64,000 bases of DNA from Mustelus asterias (GCF_964213995.1 NW_027590144.1:1116001-1180000), one strand, 5' to 3'; counted from the stretch's first letter, positions 31,285-44,127 are shown. The notes: a model not told the origin generated them from the sequence alone. Translations and numbers: made by a program.

Positions 31285-31539
31285 TGTGGAGATGCCGGCG
31301 TTGGACTGGGGTAAACACAGTAAGAAGTTTAACAACACCAGGTTAAAGTCCAACAGGTTTATTTGGTAGCAAAAGCCACACAAGCTTTCGAGGCTCTGAG
31401 CCCCTTCTTCAGGTGAGTGGGATATTTGGTAGCAAAAGCCACTCACCTGAAGAAGGGGCTCAGAGCCTCGAAAGCTTGTGTGGCTTTTGCTACCAAATAA
31501 ACCTGTTGGACTTTAACCTGGTGTTGTTAAACTTCTTAC
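31285..31539. mobile_element. Palindromic mini Penelope-like insertion made of two inverted hammerhead-bearing ends
   Basis: ~31320-31420 is the reverse complement of ~31440-31539; TSD TGTCCAGGACAGGA at 31271-31284 and 31540-31553. Confidence 0.85.
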
Positions 31540-32108
31540 TGTCCAGGACAGGAAGCAGTGAGCATGGATCTGTCAATCAGCCTCAATCAGCACCTTCAGG
31601 AGAATTGGGAGGGTGAATATTAGATACAGCAGAGTGAGAATGGAGGGAGAATGTGTGGGATGGAGATTCACAGCTTTTGGGGAATGAGAGAGGAAAGAAT
31701 GCTCCATAGAAACTAGAATTGTCTGTTCTGAATTTCTGTCCTGCTCTGACAATGGTGAATTTTGTAAACTTCTTTCACAGGATATCAGAAGATGACAGTT
31801 TACAGACAGAAATCTTAAACCAAACTTCACATCAATATCTGACAGAGTCACTCAATTCATCCGGACCTGAATACCTTTGAATCTAGAAGGAGAAATGTTT
31901 CTCTGTTCTGTCTGCTTCAGAAGATTTTAAACATCAGTTTGGCTGGAAAAGCACCGACACACATAAACACACCCGAGTGAGAGTGTTCCAGTGCACTGTG
32001 TGGAACCAACAGTTACACAGCCTGAAAAAAACATTGCAGCATTCAGAGCAGGGAGATTGTACCCGTGTTGTATTGATGCATGAGGAAAGATACAAGGAGA
32101 CCCACACC

Positions 32109-33287
32109 ATGGAGAAACCGTGGAAATGTGGGGATTGTGGAAAGGGATTCATGTCCCCATCCGAGCTGGAGATTAATCGACGCAATCACACTGGGGAGAA
32201 GCCATTCACCTGCTCTGTGTGTGGGAAGGGATTCATTCATTCATCCCACCTGCTGAGGCATAAAGTCATTCACACCCTGGACAGACCCTTTAAATGCTCT
32301 GACTGTGGGAGTGAATTCAAAAGCTCTGGAAAACTGGTGTCCCACCAGCACATTCACACTGAAGAGAGACCATTCAGCTGCTCTCACTGCTCAAAGAGGT
32401 TTAAAACATCATCCAACCTGCGAATACACCAGCGAGTTCACTCCAGGGAGAGACCGTTTACCTGCTCTGAGTGTGGGAAGGGATTCACTGCTTCATCCTA
32501 CCTGCTAAGACACAAAGTCACTCACACCAATGAGAGACCCTTTAAATGCTCTGACTGTGGGAGCGGCTTCAAAAGGTCTCGGGAACTGATGGCACACCAG
32601 CGCATTCACACTGAGGACAGACCATTCACCTGCGCTCAGTGTGGAAAGGGATTCACTCAGTTATCCGCACTGCAGCTACACCAGCGAACTCATACTGGGG
32701 AGAAGCCGTTCACCTGCTCTGTGTGTGGGAAGGGATTCACTCGGTCACACAGCCTGATAAAACACAATCTCACTCACACCAATGAGAAACCCTTTAAATG
32801 CTCTGACTGTGGGAGTGGCTTCAAACGTGCTGAGAATCTGATGTCCCACCAGCGCATTCACACTGAGGAGAGACTGTTCAGCTGCTCTCACTGCACAAAG
32901 AGGTTTAAATGGTCAAACGGCCTGCGGGAACACCAGCGAGTTCACACTGGGGAGAGACCGTTCACCTGCTCTGTGTGTGGGAAGGGATTCACTCAGTCAT
33001 CCGCCCTGCTGAAACACAAAGTCACCCACACCCAGGAGAGACCCTTTAAATGTTCTGACTGTGGAAGTGGTTTCAAAAGTTCTCGGGCACTGATGTCCCA
33101 CCAACGCACCCACACTGAGGAGAGACCATTCAGCTGCCCTCACTGCACAAAGAGGTTTAGAAGGTCATCCCACCTTCAGAAACATGAGCGAATTCACACT
33201 GGGGACAGGCCATTCACCTGCTCTGTGTGTGGGAAGGGATTCATTCAGTCATCTCACCTGCTGAAACACCAGCGAGTTCACAAGTGA
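32109..33287 (+). CDS. ZNF-C: C2H2 zinc-finger protein, 14 finger units (first has His->Asn)
   Basis: 392 aa from the shared MEKPWKC start; the reading frame is open further upstream to 31977. Confidence 0.92.
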   Translation: MEKPWKCGDCGKGFMSPSELEINRRNHTGEKPFTCSVCGKGFIHSSHLLRHKVIHTLDRPFKCSDCGSEFKSSGKLVSHQHIHTEERPFSCSHCSKRFKTSSNLRIHQRVHSRERPFTCSECGKGFTASSYLLRHKVTHTNERPFKCSDCGSGFKRSRELMAHQRIHTEDRPFTCAQCGKGFTQLSALQLHQRTHTGEKPFTCSVCGKGFTRSHSLIKHNLTHTNEKPFKCSDCGSGFKRAENLMSHQRIHTEERLFSCSHCTKRFKWSNGLREHQRVHTGERPFTCSVCGKGFTQSSALLKHKVTHTQERPFKCSDCGSGFKSSRALMSHQRTHTEERPFSCPHCTKRFRRSSHLQKHERIHTGDRPFTCSVCGKGFIQSSHLLKHQRVHK

Positions 33288-33534
33288 TGACACGGGTTGG
33301 ATTCTGCTGTTGATCTCATCCAGGACTGAACCATGTTCATTCTGACAGTTGGTGAAGTGGGAGGGTCGGAGGGTTTCTTTCTGCTGGACTGGACGGTCTT
33401 ATGGCTTTGCTTCCAGTGGGCTGATGCTCTTTGAGCCTGGGAGAGCACATTTCCACTGGAATGATCCACAAAAGCTGATGAAGGATATTTATTTTATCTG
33501 GATAGTAAATAGTGTTTTTCCCACTGCTACAGTG

Positions 33535-34162
33535 AGCTCTGAAATAAACACAGAAAGAACTGGAAAATCGCAGCAGCTCTGGCAGCATCTGTGGAGAGAG
33601 AAACAGAGATAATGTTTCACGTCCAATGTAACGCCAGAACAAAAGAGAGGGAGAAATGTGATGGGTTTGATGCTGCTGAGAAAGGGGGGAGGGGCAGGTA
33701 GAACAAAAGGGAAAGTCTGGGATTGGTTAGAGGGTGGGTGAGATTAAATGACAAAAATGTCCTGGAACAAAAGGCAAAGGGAGAGGTAATGGTTGTTGTA
33801 AAGAAACAAAGCATTGGTCCAGAGTAAGTGTTAATGGCAGAATAAAGGACAGCTCTGTCTGGAAGCAAAAAAAAACCATGAAAACAAGACACAGACTGGC
33901 ACTTGGCAAAAAACAACAAATCAAAATGTAGGAGAGAATTCAGGGTGTGAAGTTGTTGAATTCGATGTTGAGTCCAGAAGGCTGTAAAGTGCCTCATCGG
34001 AAGATGCGGGGCTGTTCGTCCAGCTTGTGTTGGGCTTCTCCGGAACATTGCAGCAGGCCGAGGACAGAAATGTGAGCGTGAGAGCAAGGTGGGGAATTCT
34101 AATGGCAAGCAAGCGGAAGGTCAGGGTCATGCTTGTGGACTGAGCGGAGGTGTTCCACAACT
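33535..34162 (-). mobile_element. Decayed Penelope-like 3' fragment (older family)
   Basis: RC of ~33950-34030 reads KLDEQPRIFR*GTLQPSGLNIEFNN, a typical GIY-YIG C-terminus; related short ends at ~26105-26270 and ~27305-27475. Confidence 0.7.
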
Positions 34163-34357
34163 CTATCGTGACTGGAGCTTTATTTCAAAATGAATCCTGT
34201 ATTCACCTAAATGCTTGTGGAATCTGTGTAGCTAGCAGGAATTGTTTAAACTAAGAATTTCTTCTTTTCTTTTGATCAGCTAGAAGACATTATATTCTGT
34301 GAAATGTGCCTCAAGAATAAGGCTGATTGTTCAGTCTGAGTGTGAAAGAAAGATACA

Positions 34358-35083
34358 GGGGGCGATCTTACCGGCTCGACTCGCCGCTCGATCAGCGTGG
34401 TGAGCCGGGAAGATAGCGTGCGAGGCTAAAGTATTGCTATCTTCCTGGCCCTGTTTTGCCGGCGTGAATGGTTTTGTGACCAGAAAGAGGGTGAAGGCTA
34501 ATTGCATAGATTTGCTTACATTGCAATATGATTGCCGGGTTCGGTTCGGTACGGTTGCCCCCCCGGTCAGCCGGTGAGACATCACACCAACGAGAATCAC
34601 TGCTGGTCTTCACCAGCGGGGACCAGGCGCTTGGACCACGCTGGTGGGGAGGGGGGAGGGGGGGGGAGAGACGGGGTGGGGGGGGGAGGGTGGGGGGGGG
34701 ATCAGAGGCCAATGAAACCAGGTGATGGGGGGGGATATCTGGGCAGCGCAAATTGGGCAATGCCACACTGGCATGCCCACCTGGCATCGTAGCAGTGCCT
34801 GGTTGCGTGCCCTAAGTGCACCATGGACAGTGCCAAGGGGGTGGGGCATGTGTGGTGTTGGGGCCTGGAGAGGTATTTAACATGATGGGGGGGCTTTTGC
34901 AAGGGGGGTGCTTGTCAAGAGGGGAGCTCTGCATGGGGGGGGGATGTGATTGGCTTGAGGGGGGGGAATCTCTGCCAAGGGGGTGGGGGGAAGGGTCGAT
35001 CAGGGGCAGGGCATGTCGGTGTTCTGACAGAGGATGCATCGGGAGGGTTCCGATGCTCCGATGCTGGCGACCCATCCAGGACT
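34358..35083. repeat. GC/G-run-rich insert, possibly one arm of a non-autonomous DNA transposon
   Basis: Abrupt composition change beginning GGGGGCGATCTTACCGG; no second terminal repeat found. Confidence 0.35.
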
Positions 35084-35978
35084 AAAAAAAAAAATTGTAA
35101 ATATTAAATTAATGCCTTTGTAACTACAGAATAAAACCAATCGGGGTAATGCAGAGCTAATGAGACACGCCTCTTGACAATGGTATAAATCCCTCATCAT
35201 TTCACATGTGTTTTGATGTTGCATATAGTATAAAATTACAGAGTAAACTTTATTAAATAAAATATGAATTAAAAAAAGAAAAGAAACAAGATCAAGATAT
35301 ACAAATCAGCATATAAAATTCAAAACATACAAAAGGAAAAAAAGAATTAAAAGTGGTTAACAATAAGGCAACATCATTTGTCTGTAAAAATCTGTAACAT
35401 TTTTACCGTCTGTAACAATGCCAGTCAGCAGATTTGTTCCACAAATGATTTAAATTTCTGGATATTGAGGAATTTCAACATCAGGTCATTTTGTGTATAC
35501 CATTTTCCCTGGCGCCTATAATAAACCCAAAAAACTTCACAGCAGAGCCACCTGTCAGTTGTTTCATCTCTTTAGTTGGATGTTGATACTTCTTAACCTT
35601 TTCATCCCATGCTTTTTCCAGAGAATTAATGTTATCTTCAATCTTGTTGTGATATCAACAGCCGCAACTTCTTTCCCATTGCTGATCAGCATGTCGGGTT
35701 TATACAGTTGTTTTATCGGCCGTTCTTATTGGGGGTCCTGAAATAACTTTAAAATGATGTGTGTGTGCATACGCCTCCAATTGATGCAAGATCTTATTGT
35801 GTCTGAGAATTGTGGCATTTTTGACAAAAGGACAAGAGCCTCAAATATGTCCAATCGTTTCGTTCATGGAGTTGCAACTTCAGCATAATTCGCGACCTCT
35901 GGATTTTCCAAATGCTAAAAAAATTCTTGTAGGGTATGCATTACTTCTAATCAGAGTATTAATAAAATTTGACTCCTG

Positions 35979-36265
35979 AAGACCATAAGACATCGGAGCA
36001 GAATTAGGCCACTCGGCCCATCGAGTCTGCTTCACCATTCAATCATGGCTGATTTTTTCTCATCCCCATTCTCCTGCCTTTTCTCTATAACCCCGGATCC
36101 CCTTGTTAATCAAGAACCTACCTATCTCTGTCTTAAAGATACTCAATGACCTGGCCTCCACAGCCTTCTGCAGCAAAGAGTTCCTCAGATTCACCACTCT
36201 CTGGCTGAAGAAATTCCTCCTCATCTCTGTTTTAAAGGATTGTCCCTTAATTCTGAGGTTGTCCT
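35979..36265 (-). mobile_element. CR1 3'-end fragment inside the RLE element
   Basis: CATAAGACAT tail and CR1 3'UTR GGCCCATCGAGTCTGC. Confidence 0.7.
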
Positions 36266-37590
36266 TTTAAAAAAGTTAAAGTTCAGCCAGTGATTAGAAA
36301 CCAGGTCGAGGAAGTAGGAAATGCCAATTCCTTGGTAATTTAAGGTGGACCGTTTGTGAGCTTCAAATTGATGCCAATGCAAAATTAGACTTTCTTCATG
36401 ACCTTTTTGATGGATAGCATTTGGCGGGTCCAAATCACTTCAATGTTGTCATTGTATAGTGCACAAATACAACGAAAAGAGAGCTTGCAGGCTCCAAGAT
36501 ACAAAGAAAAAAGCAAATGCAGTTGTCATTATAAAATAATGTTAATAGTCAAAGAAAAGAAAATTACAGCACAGGAACAGGCCCTTCGGCCCTCCAAGCC
36601 TGCACCAACCATGCTGCCTGACTGAACTAAAACCCCTACCCTTCCGGAGACCATATCCCTCTATTCCCATCCTATTCATGTATTTGTCAAGACGCCCCTT
36701 AAAAGTCACTATCGTATCTGCTTCCACTACCTCCCCCGGCAGCAAGTTCCAGGCAGCCACCACCCTCTGTGTAAAAAATCTGCCTCGTACATCTCCTTTA
36801 AACCTTGCCCCTCACACCTTAAACCTGTGCCCCCGAGTAATTGACTCTTCCACCCTGGGAAAAAGCTTCTGACTATCAGCTCTGTCCATGCCTCTCACAA
36901 TCTTGTAGACTTCTATCAGGTCGCCCCTCATCCTCTGTCGTTCCAGTGAGAACAAACCAAGTTTCTCCAACCTCTCCTCATAGCTAATGTCCTTCAAACC
37001 AGGCAACATCCTGGTAAATCTTTTCTGTACCCTCTCTAAAGCCTCCATGTTCTTCTGGTAGTGTGGTGACCAGAATTGAACACTATATTCCAAGTGCAGC
37101 CTAACTAAGGTTCTATGAAGCTGCAACATGACTTGCCAATTTTTAAACTCAAAGCCCCGGCTGATGAAGGCAAGCATGCCGTATGCCTTCTTGACTTCCT
37201 TCTCCACCTGCATTGCCACTTTCAGTGACCTGTGTATCTGTACACCCAGATCCCTTTGCCTATCAATACTCTGCAGGGTTCTGCCATTGACTGTATATTT
37301 CCTATCTGTATTAGACCTTCCAAAATGCATTACCTCACATTTGTCCAGATTAAACTCCATCTGCCATCTCTCCGCCCAAGTCTCCAACTGATCTATATCC
37401 TGCTGTATCCTCTGATGGTCCTCATCGCTATCCACAAATCCACCAACCTTTGTGTCGTCCGCAAATTTACGAATCAAACCAGTTACATTTTCCTCCAAAT
37501 CATTTATATATATCACAAACAGTAAAGTCCCAGCACTGATCCCTGAGGAACGCCACTTATCACAGCCCTCCATTCAGAAATGCACCCTTC

Positions 37591-38688
37591 TCATGGGATA
37601 CAAGGAGAAGTGGCTAGATGGGTGGAGAACTGGCTTGGCCATAGGAGACAGAGGGTAGTGGTCGAAGGGTCTTTTTCCGGCTGGAGGTCTGTGACCAGTG
37701 GTGTTCCGCAGGGCTCTGTACTGGGGCCTCTGCTATTTGTGATATATATAAATGATTTGGAAGAAGGTGTAACTGGTGTAATCAGCAAGTTTGCGGATGA
37801 CACGAAGATGGCTGGACTTGCGGATAGCGAAGAGCATTGTCGGGCAATACAGCAGGATATAGATAGGCTGGAAAATTGGGCGGAGAGGTGGCAGATGGAG
37901 TTTAATCCGGATAAATGCGAAGTGATGCATTTTGGAAGAAATAATGTAGGGAGGAGTTATACAATAAATGGCAGAGTCATCAGGAGTATAGAAACACAGA
38001 GGGACCTAGGTGTGCAAGTCCACAAATCCTTGAAGGTGGCAACACAGGTGGAGAAGGTGGTGAAGAAGGCATATGGTATGCTTGCCTTTATAGGACGGGG
38101 TATAGAGTATAAAAGCTGGAGTCTGATGATGCAGCTGTATAGAACGCTGGTTAGGCCACATTTGGAGTACTGCGTCCAGTTCTGGTCGCTGCACTACCAG
38201 AAGGATGTGGAGGCGTTAGAGAGAGTGCAGAGAAGGTTTACCAGGATGTTGCCTGGTATGGAGGGTCTTAGCTATGAGGAGAGATTGGGTAAACTGGGGT
38301 TGTTCTCCCTGGAATGACGGAGAATGAGGGGAGATCTAATAGAGGTGTACAAGATTATGAAGGGTATAGATAGGGTGAACAGTGGGAAGCTTTTTCCCAG
38401 GTCGGAGGTGACGATCACGAGGGGTCACGGGCTCAAGGTGAGAGGGGCGAACTATAAGTCAGATATCAGAGGGACGTTTTTTACACAGAGGGTGGTGGGG
38501 GCCTGGAATGCGCTGCCAAGTAGGGTGGTGGAGGCAGGCACGCTGACATCGTTTAAGACTTACCTGGATAGTCACATGAGCAGCCTGGGAATGGAGGGAT
38601 ACAAACGATTGGTCTAGTTGGACCAAGGAGCGGCACAGGCTTGGAGGGCCGAAGGGCCTGTTTCCTGTGCTGTATTGTTCTTTGTTCT
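37591..38688 (+). mobile_element. 5'-truncated CR1 nested antisense; in-frame stop at 38315
   Basis: ORFs 37580-38317 and 38324-38617; TTCTTTG tail. Confidence 0.92.
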
Positions 38689-38719
38689 TCCACTGCTACC
38701 CTCTGTCTTCTTTGACCGA

Positions 38720-38916
38720 TGATGTGGAGATGCCGGTGTTGGACTGGAGTAAGCACAGTAAGAAGTCTCACAACACCAGGTTAAAGTCCAACAGGTTTAT
38801 TTGGCAGCACTAGCTTTCGGAGCCCCAAGCTCCTTCCTCAGGTGAGTGAGTCACCTGAGAAAGGAGCTTGACTCACAACACCAGGACTTTAACCTGGTGT
38901 TGTAAGACTTCTTACT
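38720..38916. mobile_element. Short inverted Penelope-like end insertion
   Basis: Same terminal sequence family as 31285; TSD TTCTTTGACCGA. Confidence 0.8.
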
Positions 38917-39975
38917 GTTCTTTGACCGAGCCAGTTTTGTATCCACGTTCCCAGCTCACCTCTGATTCCATGCGACTTCACCTTCTGCACCAGTCTGCCA
39001 TGAGGGACCTTGTCAAAGGCTTTACTCAAGTCCATGTAGACAACATCCACTGCCCTGCCCTGAATCATCTTCGTCACTTCCTTGAAAAACTCGATCAAGT
39101 TCGTGAGACAAGACCTCCCCTTCACAAAACCATGTTGCCTCTCACTATTACGTCCACTTATTTCCAAGTGGGAATATATCCTGTCTCGAAGAATCCTCTC
39201 CAATAATTTCCCTACCACTGATGTAAGGCTCACCAGCCTGTAATTACCTGGATTATTCTTGCTACCCTTCTTAAACAAAGGAACAACATTGGCTATTCTT
39301 CAATCCTCTGGGACCTCCCCTGTAGCCAGTGAGGATATAAAGATTTCTCTCAAGGCCTCAGCAATTTCCTCCCTTGCCTCTCTCCGTATTCTGGGGTATA
39401 TCCCATCAGGCCCTGGGGACTTGTCTACCTTAATGTTTCTCAAGAACCCCAATACCTCCTTTTTCATCTCAAAATGACTCAAACTATCTACACATCCTTT
39501 CCCAGACTCATCATCCACCAAGTCCTCTTTGATGAATACTGATGCAAAGTATTCATTTAATACCTCACCCATTTCTTCTGGCTCCACGCATAGATTCCCT
39601 CCCTTGTCCTTGAGTGGGCCAACCCTCTCCTTGGCTACTCTCTTGCTCTTTATATATGTATAAAAAGCCTTGGGAGTTTCCTTAATCCTGCTGGCCAATG
39701 CTTTTTCGTGACCCCTTTTAGCCCTCCTTACTCCTTGCTTAAGTTTCTTTCTACTTTCCTTGTATTCCACACTTGCTTCGTGTGTTCCCAGCCTCCTCGC
39801 TTTGACAAATGCTTCCTTTTTCTCTTTGACTAGGCTCACAATTTGTCTCGTTATCCAAGGTTCCAAAACTTGCCATACTTATCCTTCATCCTTACAGGAA
39901 TGTGCCGGTCCTGAATCCCTATCAACTTACACTTGGAAGCCTCCCACATGCCAGATGTTGATTTGCCCTCAAACA

Positions 39976-40305
39976 TTAAGTGTATACATGTGTATTGCAC
40001 AATACCCATCGGCTGAGGATATGTTAAAGGATGGAGTTCAGCTGGGTAACAGCGCTGGAGAAGAAGCTGTTCCTGTAGCTGGTCATACAGGCTCGAATAC
40101 ATCTGTAGCGCCTCCCAGATGGCAGGGGAACAAACAGTCTCTGACTGGAATCTCTAGTGATGCGGAGATATCTCCACAGACAGCATTTGTGATAAATGTC
40201 CTGGATGCCGATGATGGATTGGGCAGTTTTGACTACCCGCTGCAGAGCTTTCTGGTCAGAAATGGAACAACTGCCGTACCACACCGTAATGCTGTTTGAC
40301 AAGAT
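39976..40305 (-). mobile_element. Rex1/Babar-like LINE 3' fragment
   Basis: SITVWYGSCS..DQKALQRVVKTAQ..IG and LPSGRRYR motifs. Confidence 0.7.
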
Positions 40306-41097
40306 CCTCTCTATCCTCGCCTTCCCTGATGACCCGGAGACTTCTCAACTGGTTACACTTGGTATCTAAATCTGTACCGCTAAATTGGAATGATGCCAAC
40401 ACCACCGAATCATTTCTAGTTTTCAAAGTAAATCATTTCTTAAAAACTGCAATTGGCACCACCCTCTCCAATTTTGGTAAGGCGAGACCTCCATTTGTCA
40501 AATGTCATCGGCAATATGGTTAGACAGATGTAAAATCTCTTTTGCCGCCTTCCTAATAACGTTCTGCAATGAAATACATCTATTTTGTGAGGTTTCATTT
40601 AAAATGAGATGATAATAAAACCAGGGAATAAAATAAGTCTTTAAAATATGAAATTTCTCTGAGGGTTACGCTTCTGATTACTGTCCATGTTTTTAATAGG
40701 TCTTCCCAAACTGTATCCTTTCAACCTAACCAAGGGGCGAATCGAGCACCTAAATATTTTTCCATTTGACCGGGTTCCATTAAATTCCAATTAGAGTCAT
40801 TAATCTGGTTTGATATTATTGAAGAGAAAGATTTGATTTCAAGATAAAAACTAGCTGTTTTCTTCATATTGAGGATTTAATGGAGTATAGTGAAACTGAG
40901 TAGATGTTTTATATAAATGTTGGATAATATACAGTATGTTGGGAAAGTTCAAACAGCATGATTTCAGTTTCATCTCAAATATAGATTTAGTGCATTGGAA
41001 TATGTTCCAAACTGTGGTGCACTGAATCGGCTTTCAGTGACAGAGATAGGAAATGGATTTTTAAAAATTGTACTCCCTTATTTTACTATCTGTTGGC

Positions 41098-41408
41098 GAC
41101 ATGGCGGTACAGTGGTTAGCACTGCTGCCTCACAGCGCCTGGGACCCGGGTTGGGTCACAGTCTGTCTGGAGTTTGCACATTCTCCCCGTGTCTGCGTGG
41201 GTTTCCTCCGGGTGCTCCGGTTTCCTCCCACAGTCCAAAGATGTGCAGGTTAGGTTGATTGGCCACGCTAAAATTGCCCCTTAGTGTCAGGGGGACTAGC
41301 TAGGATAAATGCATGGGGTTATGGGGATAGCCTGAGTTGGATTGTGGTCGGTGCAGACTTTATAGGCCAAATGGCCTCCTTCTGCACTGTAGGATTCTGT
41401 GATTCTAT
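41098..41408 (+). mobile_element. HE1/V-SINE-like SINE
   Basis: Paralogous to 15306-15634. Confidence 0.85.
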
Positions 41409-41454
41409 CCAGCTTCCCTTTCAATGTATTCACGCTCTTCACTTCAACCATTCA

Positions 41455-42250
41455 GAGTGATTGATTCATTATTGTCACATTCGAGTCATCGAGGTTTACA
41501 GCATGGAAACATACCCTTCGACCCAACTTGTCCAAACCACCCAGTTTTTACCACTAAGCTAGTCCCAATTGCCTGCGTTTGGCCCCTGTCCCTCTTGCCA
41601 ATGGGTACAATGGGTACATTGGGATACAGTGAAAAATATTGTTTCTTGCAAGCCGTTGCAGACAAAACACACCGTTCAGAGTACATAGGGGAGAAGGAAA
41701 GTAGAGGGTGCAGAATAGTGTTACAGTTAACGATAGGGTGAAGGGAAAGATCAGCTTAATGTGTAATAGGAAGAAGCTGTTCTTGAGTCTGTTGGTACGT
41801 GATCTCAGACTTTTGTATCCTTTTCCCAATGGAAGAGAGGAGGTCCGGGGTGCGTGGGGTCCTTAATTACGCTGGCTGCTTTTCCGAGGCAGCAGGAAGT
41901 GTAGACGGAGTCAATAGACGGGAAGCTGGTTTACGTGATGACTGAACTACGTTCACAACCCTTTGTTTCTTGCGGTCTTGGGCAGAGCTGGAGCCATACC
42001 AAGCTGTGATGCATCCAGAAAGAATGCTTTCTATGGTGCACCTGTAGAAGTTGGAGGGAGTCATAGCTGACATGCCAAATTTCCTTAGTCTTCTGAGAAA
42101 GTAGAGGCATTGGTGGGCTTTCTTAACGATAGCGTCGGCATGGAGGGACCAGAACAGGTTGTTGATGATCTGAACACCTCAAAACATGAAGATCTCGAAC
42201 CATCTCCACTTCATCACCTTTGATGTAGACAAGGGCATGTCCTCCATTAC
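41455..42250 (-). mobile_element. Rex1/Babar-like LINE 3' fragment, containing a small CR1 tail (~41487-41600)
   Basis: FYRCTIESILSGCITAWYG and RTNRLKNSFF motifs. Confidence 0.7.
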
Positions 42251-42534
42251 ATTTCGGTCGCCCTTCAGTCTTCTCTTTTCCAGGGAAAAGCAGCCTCAGA
42301 CTTTCCTGAGGGTTAAAAGCTCTCAGTTCTGGGATTATTCTTGTCAATCTATGTTGCTCCATCTCCAGTGCCTCTCTTTCCTTCTTCTAAATGCAGATCA
42401 CTAATTTTGACAGGGCTCCCAGTTTACTCTAACCCTGGTTCTAAACAAGTTGGCCATAACCTCGCTGGTTTTCAATTATATCCCTCTGGAATGGAACCCT
42501 ATATATGGGCCCCACACTTTAGGAAAGATGTGAA

Positions 42535-43341
42535 CTCGCTGGGGTGTCAGCAGAGTGGATAACTGAGTGAATCCTTTCCCACACAAAGCAGGTGAATGGT
42601 CTCTCCCCAGTGTGAACTCACTGGTGAATCCACAGGTTTGATGAGCTTTAAAACCTCTGTGCAGTGAGAACACCTGAATGCTCTCTCCTCCGTGAGACTG
42701 CACTGGTGGGACACCAGTTCTGCAGACCTTGTGAAGTCATAGAGCTTTCCAGCATGGAAACAGGTCCTTTGGCCCAACTTGTCCATGCCCCCCCTTTTTT
42801 TTAAAAGCCCTAAGCTAGTCCCAATTGCCCGCATTGGGCCCATAACCCTTTCTACCCATCTTACCCATGTAACTGTCGAAATTGTACCTGCCTCTACTAC
42901 TACCTCTGGCATCTTGTTCCAGACACTCACTACCCTCTGTGTGAAAAGGTTGCCCCTCTGGACCCTTTTGTATCTCTCCCCTCTCACCTTAAACCTATGC
43001 CCTCTAGTTTTAGACTCCCCTACCTTTGGGAAAAGATATTGACTATCTACCTTATCAATGTCCCTTATTATTTTCCTTATTATAAGGTCACCCCTCCGCC
43101 CCCTACGCTCCAGAGAAACAAGTCCCAGTCTATCCAGCCTCTCCTTATAACGCAAACCATCAAGTCCCGGTAGCATCCTAGTAAATCTTTTCTGCACTCT
43201 TTCTCGTTTAATAATATCTTTTCTATAATCGGGTGACCAGAACTGTACACAGTCACTCCCCCATTCAGAGCATTGAAAGGGTCTCTACTTGGTGTGAGTG
43301 ACTTTGGGTTTCAGCAAGCTGGATAACCAAGTTAATACTTT
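42535..43341 (-). pseudogene. Decayed C-terminal fingers of ZNF-D, interrupted by a CR1 3' fragment (~42735-43252)
   Basis: Finger remnants at 43255-43341 and 42535-42730; CR1 peptide RFTRMLPG...FTQRVV between them. Confidence 0.75.
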
Positions 43342-44127
43342 CTACACAGAGCAGCTTAACGGTCTGTCCCCAGTGTGAACTCGCTGGTGTTTCCGCAGGT
43401 CGGATGACCGAGTGAATCTCTTCCCACATTGAGAGCAGGTGAATGGTTTCTCCCCAGTGTGAACTCGCTGGTGTCTCTGCAGCGTGGATGACCTTTTAAA
43501 CCTCACTGAACATTGTGAGCAGCTGAACGGTCTCTCCTCAGTGTGAATGCGCTCATGCTCTCGAAGAACTGCAGCACTTTTGAAGCCGCTCCCACAGTCA
43601 GCACATTTAAAAGGTCTCTCATTGCTGTGAGTACCTTTGTGTTTCATGAGGCTGGATGAAGCAGTGAATCCCTTGCCACACATGGCGCAGGTGAATGGTT
43701 TCTCTCCAGTGTGAACTCGCTGATGTACCCGCAGGTTGGATGACCTTTTAAATCTCTTTGTGCAGTGAGAGCAGCTGAACGGCCTCTCCTCAGTGTGAAC
43801 ACGTTGATGGGACACCAGTTCCCAAGAACTTTTGAATCCGCTCCCACAGTCAGAGCAGTTGAAGGGTTTCTCACTGGTGTGAGAGAGATTGTGACTCAGC
43901 AGCTGGGATGAGCGAATGAATCCCTTCCCACACATGCTGCAGGTGAACGGCATCTCCCTGATATGAACTTGCTGGTGTGTCAGCAAGTCGGATGACTGAA
44001 TGAATCCCTTCCCACACATGCAACAGGTGAATGGTCTGTCCCCAGTATGAATGTGTCGATGAACTTCAAGCCGAGATGGGAATCTGAATCCCTTCCCACA
44101 GTCCCCACATTTCCACGGTTTCTCCAT
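43342..44127 (-). CDS. ZNF-D: C2H2 zinc-finger protein, 9 fingers, ending at a premature stop
   Basis: MEKPWKC start; ends ...PLSCSV* within a finger. Confidence 0.85.
   Translation of the reverse strand: MEKPWKCGDCGKGFRFPSRLEVHRHIHTGDRPFTCCMCGKGFIQSSDLLTHQQVHIREMPFTCSMCGKGFIRSSQLLSHNLSHTSEKPFNCSDCGSGFKSSWELVSHQRVHTEERPFSCSHCTKRFKRSSNLRVHQRVHTGEKPFTCAMCGKGFTASSSLMKHKGTHSNERPFKCADCGSGFKSAAVLREHERIHTEERPFSCSQCSVRFKRSSTLQRHQRVHTGEKPFTCSQCGKRFTRSSDLRKHQRVHTGDRPLSCSV

Larger units (their letters stand above)
36548..39975 (-). mobile_element. CR1 LINE (same family as 17101-23500), split by a plus-strand CR1 and a Penelope end
   Basis: ORFs 36812-37573, 38889-39278 and 39300-39866. Confidence 0.9.
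35250..41090 (-). mobile_element. Decayed RLE-type (R2/NeSL superfamily) non-LTR element in three pieces (~35250-35978, ~36268-36545, ~40310-41090)
   Basis: Manual translation: EKYLG, IRKAAKEILHL, GGLALPKLE, QGIG...SNHWL, FINTLIRSNAYPTR, C*SC...ETIGHI*GSC, RHN, PDMLI...AVDIT. Confidence 0.75.
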
